Source: Lepidodermella squamata (lineage: Eukaryota; Animalia; Gastrotricha). From it: 64,000 bases of DNA. The notes beneath the pieces were generated by a model. That model made no database searches and was not told the DNA's origin. It saw nothing but the letters and a program-made list of their open reading frames with translations. The position numbers and the translations under genes are program-made. The stretch covers positions 310,001 through 374,000 of the forward strand of contig JBLDXI010000001.1 of NCBI GenBank assembly GCA_047495785.1, in the 5' to 3' direction. Position 1 is the first letter of the stretch; each line of letters opens with the position of its first letter. Shown piece by piece: positions 59,836 to 64,000 of this stretch.

Positions 59836-62800
59836 CAGGAATCCCACATTTGACAGCAGACGATGTAAGACCAACGAGACAGATAATATATTGGCGAAAA
59901 AGGACACAGGCTGGCGGCTTGAAAGAAGGCATTGTCTCGTCGAAAAGTTTACAATTACTCATTTATGAGACGAATGTTGTTGTTATTATTGTTGATGCTG
60001 TTGCCGAGTATTAGTCGGCCGAAGCGCGCACAATGCCGGCGGTTGCAAGAAGGAGACGAACGAAGTTTTGCCGTACACGCCGAAAATGACGACAGCGAGC
60101 GAGCGACGCTGGCCATTCGCTATCAACCTGCCTATCTGTACGTTGTGTCTAAACGACTCGGCCTTTTTGTTCTGCGCTGATATCGCCTTTGAGCGCGAGC
60201 GCGCGCGCGTCAACTTGCCGCCAACGATGAATTTGAAGCGCACGCACACATCCTCCGTGGTTGTTATTACTGTAACGTCGTTGTAATTTTTCATCTCCTT
60301 AAACAATAAAGATAATAAATACGCGAGCGATCGCAACAATTGCGAGCAGACAACGCGTCGTTTCCGTGGGTTGGTACGGCTCATCCGCGAGCGAGCGCGA
60401 CAAAGCAGCGCGCTGTCGCATTCAAGTAGTAGTGTGTCAAACGCAGTCGAGTTAAAATACTTGCAGCGGCAACTCGCACGCGCTTGTTGAAACATGTGAA
60501 ACGGAGAAGCGTTAAATGAGGACGAATTTTTGGCCGAGTTGAGTTCCGAGGTGTCGCCGTTCGCGAGTATACAAGTGCCGCTAAGCGGGCTGAGTCGATG
60601 TTTTGCGATGTTACCTACACGTGCTACTTCAAGAAAGCGCGCGCACTCGCCAGAATAGCTGCGCCAACGGCTTATCAAAATAAATTTTCAACATTTCGTT
60701 AGCGGAAAAATAGCGCGAAAAAGCAGGTCCATAATTTTGTAACGCAACGAGCGCTCTCAGGCGGTGTTCACACAACAGCGCAGTTTTTCACCGGACGCTG
60801 TTATTGCTGGGTTTTATGTCAAGTTTTTGGCGATGTTAAGAGCGGCGGTGCTAACACATGCAGGCTTGATATACCTACCCCTATTATTTCATTTCATAAT
60901 ATTAAATTCCCATATACAGGAACGCAGTTGGTTCGAGAAGTCGCGCTTGAGAAACAAAGCTGGCGGCATTCGGTCGACGGCGCGGCTAAACTATGAGCAT
61001 GTAACTGTAACCAAGTTCATCAGCCAAAAGAGGTAAACACGAAAAAATAGAGCTCAAGTAGTGTCGAGGAGTGCCACCATAATAAACAAATCTAAATGGT
61101 ATCTGCGGTTAGTTACCATTTAATTTTTTTTCATGCACGCGAAACCAAAGTGGAGCGTAAAAGGCGCGCGATGAGCGCACATTACAAGCTATTTTTTAAT
61201 AAGTTTCATAAACAAACGCGACACGATATGATGGTGGCGATGACAATAATTACCATCACTTTTGCTTCAATGTTCAGGTAATGTGCTAAAACACGCATTG
61301 TGGCGAAAACATCTTTCATGTTTTGCAAAAATTTTGAAATATTATGATATACTTGTAACTGTCGGACATGCAAGGTAAAAAAATGCGTAGTTACTTAACG
61401 AGGTCACAAAACTAGAATAATTATCAATCTCAGCCGGTGATAATGTTACGGAAAAAATTTAATGAAGAAAATTAGACAAACCTGTGTATTTACAAGTGGC
61501 GATATAGCGAATGCAGGGTGACTACTCACGTCGCTAGTTGGGGCTTGTTGTGGCGACGGAGGGCAGTTAGAATCGGGATGAAGGCGCCGGTTTGAACGCC
61601 AAGGCCTGTGCGGCGGTGGCAAACATTGCTTGCACGGCGCCACGGCTGGTTGCACGATGACCATAATACGATTGATACAGCGTTTCAATTGATCAACATC
61701 CAGCCGAGGAATAGTAAAATTATAATTATAAACAAAATCAGGCCGATATGCCGTTATTGCTCTGCGATGTCTTGTTTTCGGCGTTAAACAGAAATAACCA
61801 AGGTAACAATCTAGATGGTTATTAAAGGAAATGTTATCATGGTGTCATGAGTAGGATGCAAAAAACAGCCAGTGTGTTGATATGGTCATTAGAGAGATCT
61901 GTAGTGTCAACGGGTGCGCATCATATCAGCGATTTTCCTAGAGTCATTATGTGTCTGGTCAAATTACGGTGACGATGAGCCTATGGCTGCTATATGCTCG
62001 AGCTCCATGCTTGCCTCAAAAGCCTCGGTGCTGTCAACGACACCGAGAAACGAAGTGTTGTAGAGCATGGCATGGATGTAACATGCAGGGACTAACGGCG
62101 ATGTATATCGTGGCACGGGAGCCAGTAGGCATGAATATTGATAAACCGGGCGCACAGGTATCTGATGAGGCGCAATTGTTGACAGGCATTTTGACGAATC
62201 CTACTTAAGATTAACGAGCGCGCGTGTTTAACAGGAGCAAGGGCTCGCTGGCGCCACAAAAAACACAGCTAGAAAATGTTAAACGACGCACGGCATTAAA
62301 CTAAAAAACTCGAATGCTTGTTTTTTATGGAAAAGGCAAAAAAATGAGGTAGGCTGAATGGTGAAAACGGAAAAAACGCGCGAGCGCGTCACTGCGCGAA
62401 AACAGAAAGGTGGCCGGATCGCCAATGCCACGATATACGTCCATCTCCGGGCTTGCGCGCGCGTGCAGGAGGCGTGTAGCGTGCAGACAGTTGTATCGAG
62501 CCGACACGGCGACAACGGCGGCCGGTGCTGTTTTAATAACGTGTACAGAGTATACTTATTGGTGAAGATGAGCGGCGAAATACAACCGGCAAAGAAGCGC
62601 GTCTTGGAAATGAAGTTTGCTATCATTGAAGGCACAGTTCTGACTGTGTTCTTTAGCGAAGATGAGCGTGATGAAAACTACCAAAAGACGCGAGTAATTA
62701 TTTCGTTTTCAATGCAAAACCGACTAAAACATCGCCTTGCCAGCTAATTACGTTTACAGCGAAGCTAATATTAATGCTATTATTAATAAGCATTGTGATT

Positions 62801-63123
62801 ACCATGATTAGCAATGTCAAGGTCGACAGGCCGGCCGTCCCGCGTCAGCCGGGTCGAGCGTTGTTATCATTTGAACAGCAACAAAACTTCACGTACAGTG
62901 TTCATTTCTGGGGCCAAAATACTACGCTAAACAAGCAAGTCGCTTACAAACAGCGATGTACCTATACTTATAACTAGAACAGCGAGAGCGGTAACAGTAA
63001 CGGGCATTTTTAATTGCGAGTCGCGCGCGCAGGCTCTAACGCGACTTGCGGCTCATCAGAAACCGGTACTGAGGCTGGCGGCATGAAACAATCGCATGGC
63101 GATGGTCAAAGATGATTCGGAGT

Positions 63124-63555
63124 CTACTCACAGAAAGAGAGAGAGACACTAGATACCTTAGCAAGCGCGTCCTGTGAGAGCGGCTCAACTTGATTACAGA
63201 CGTAATAAACTAATTTCCGAGTTCGCGAGAGGTCCTGAAAACGGACCCGGGGAAACAGGATGCTGAAAACTTGTAACGCCGTTTTTATCCTAGGGTCGCT
63301 ACGCTGCCGCTGCTGCTGAAAAAGCCGATTCAAGCGTAAACAACGTTCTTGCACTTCATTATCAGCCTCATCATGAGAATAAGTTGTTCGCAAGCGCTTC
63401 AAGGCCGTGTCGTTACGCGCCTGTTCGCGGCCACCGGCTAAAAAGCGGCCACCCGCAGATTCTAAATGCCGATGGTAATCCGAGGCCAAGGGAGCCCGAA
63501 GCTCAATGGCTGATGCCACTAATTGGTGAGTCATCGTATCAACATACGAGGTCAT
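63124..63555 (-). CDS. Probable coding exon of an uncharacterised gene
   Basis: 143-codon ATG-started ORF with protein-like composition and a donor-like site (gctaag|gtatct) near 63156. Downstream exons not resolved. Confidence 0.4.
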   Translation of the reverse strand: MTSYVDTMTHQLVASAIELRAPLASDYHRHLESAGGRFLAGGREQARNDTALKRLRTTYSHDEADNEVQERCLRLNRLFQQQRQRSDPRIKTALQVFSILFPRVRFQDLSRTRKLVYYVCNQVEPLSQDALAKVSSVSLSFCE

Positions 63556-64000
63556 TCAAGGTATAAGTTAACACAAAAAATCGGACGGAATGTGTCCAAG
63601 TAACATAGTATCAAGGTCATTTCATCCTATAGTAAAATTAGCTGTAGTATCGCCCTAGAAAAAGAATTAGAGATGATAATTCGCTGCAAAAAACGCGTTA
63701 AGGTGATTAGAAGGGCGATTCGAGGAGCAATAGTTGGTGGTTAACCAGTATAAGGTGGTGGTGGTGGTGGCTGGTGCACGGCGGTGGTGTTAAGGCAGAT
63801 TTTGTTCGCTCGAAAGTTGCGCTCAGCTAAGGCGATTTACGTGACCAGAAGAGTGTTAATTCGACGACGTCAAGGTCTTTCAAGTCAAGCGGCGGCATCA
63901 TCGATTCGCGCGACATAAGCAGGCGGGTTGTTTTTGAAGAAGACACAATGCGTTACGCGTCGTCAAGTCATCGCACCGGCAACGTATTGCCGAGATTTCG

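Noticed and set aside
59986-60678. 230-aa minus-strand ORF
   Set aside because: Non-ATG start, Arg/Ser/Cys-rich composition typical of CG-rich non-coding DNA, no recognisable domain.
1-64000. Assigning the organism (e.g. annelid versus flatworm-like spiralian)
   Set aside because: The giant collagen hints at annelid-type cuticle and the operon signature hints at trans-splicing lineages, but neither is diagnostic without a phylogenetic search.

Overview
This window is eukaryotic DNA from a gene-dense animal genome with mostly short GT-AG introns (about 45-70 nt); the species cannot be assigned from sequence alone. Bases 1-36 kb hold tightly packed housekeeping-type genes: NLE1, HINT3, R3HDM4-like, nicalin, an alpha-arrestin, RPL30, ADRM1/Rpn13, MCU, a GFO/IDH/MocA oxidoreductase, a RUN-FYVE protein, DGK-epsilon, STOML1, acylphosphatase and several orphans. 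Many sit in same-strand pairs 90-340 bp apart with a splice-acceptor-like motif just before the ATG, which suggests operons resolved by SL trans-splicing. Mobile DNA includes a 5'-truncated LINE whose empty site is visible in a second repeat copy, a TA-flanked MITE, and a perfect 165-bp-arm palindrome carrying two Penelope-type minimal hammerhead ribozyme motifs. The standout feature is one minus-strand gene (about 55.9 kb to 37.1 kb) encoding a giant protein of roughly 5,800 aa. It has a signal peptide, an unrecognised N-terminal globular domain, about 5,100 residues of Gly-X-Y (about 1.5 micrometres if triple-helical), about 5 EGF modules, one transmembrane helix and an acidic Ser-rich tail. 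That makes it a type I membrane-anchored giant collagen with no recognisable trimerisation domain. About 7 kb of gene-poor sequence lies upstream of it. Exon boundaries and lengths were derived by eye and are approximate.
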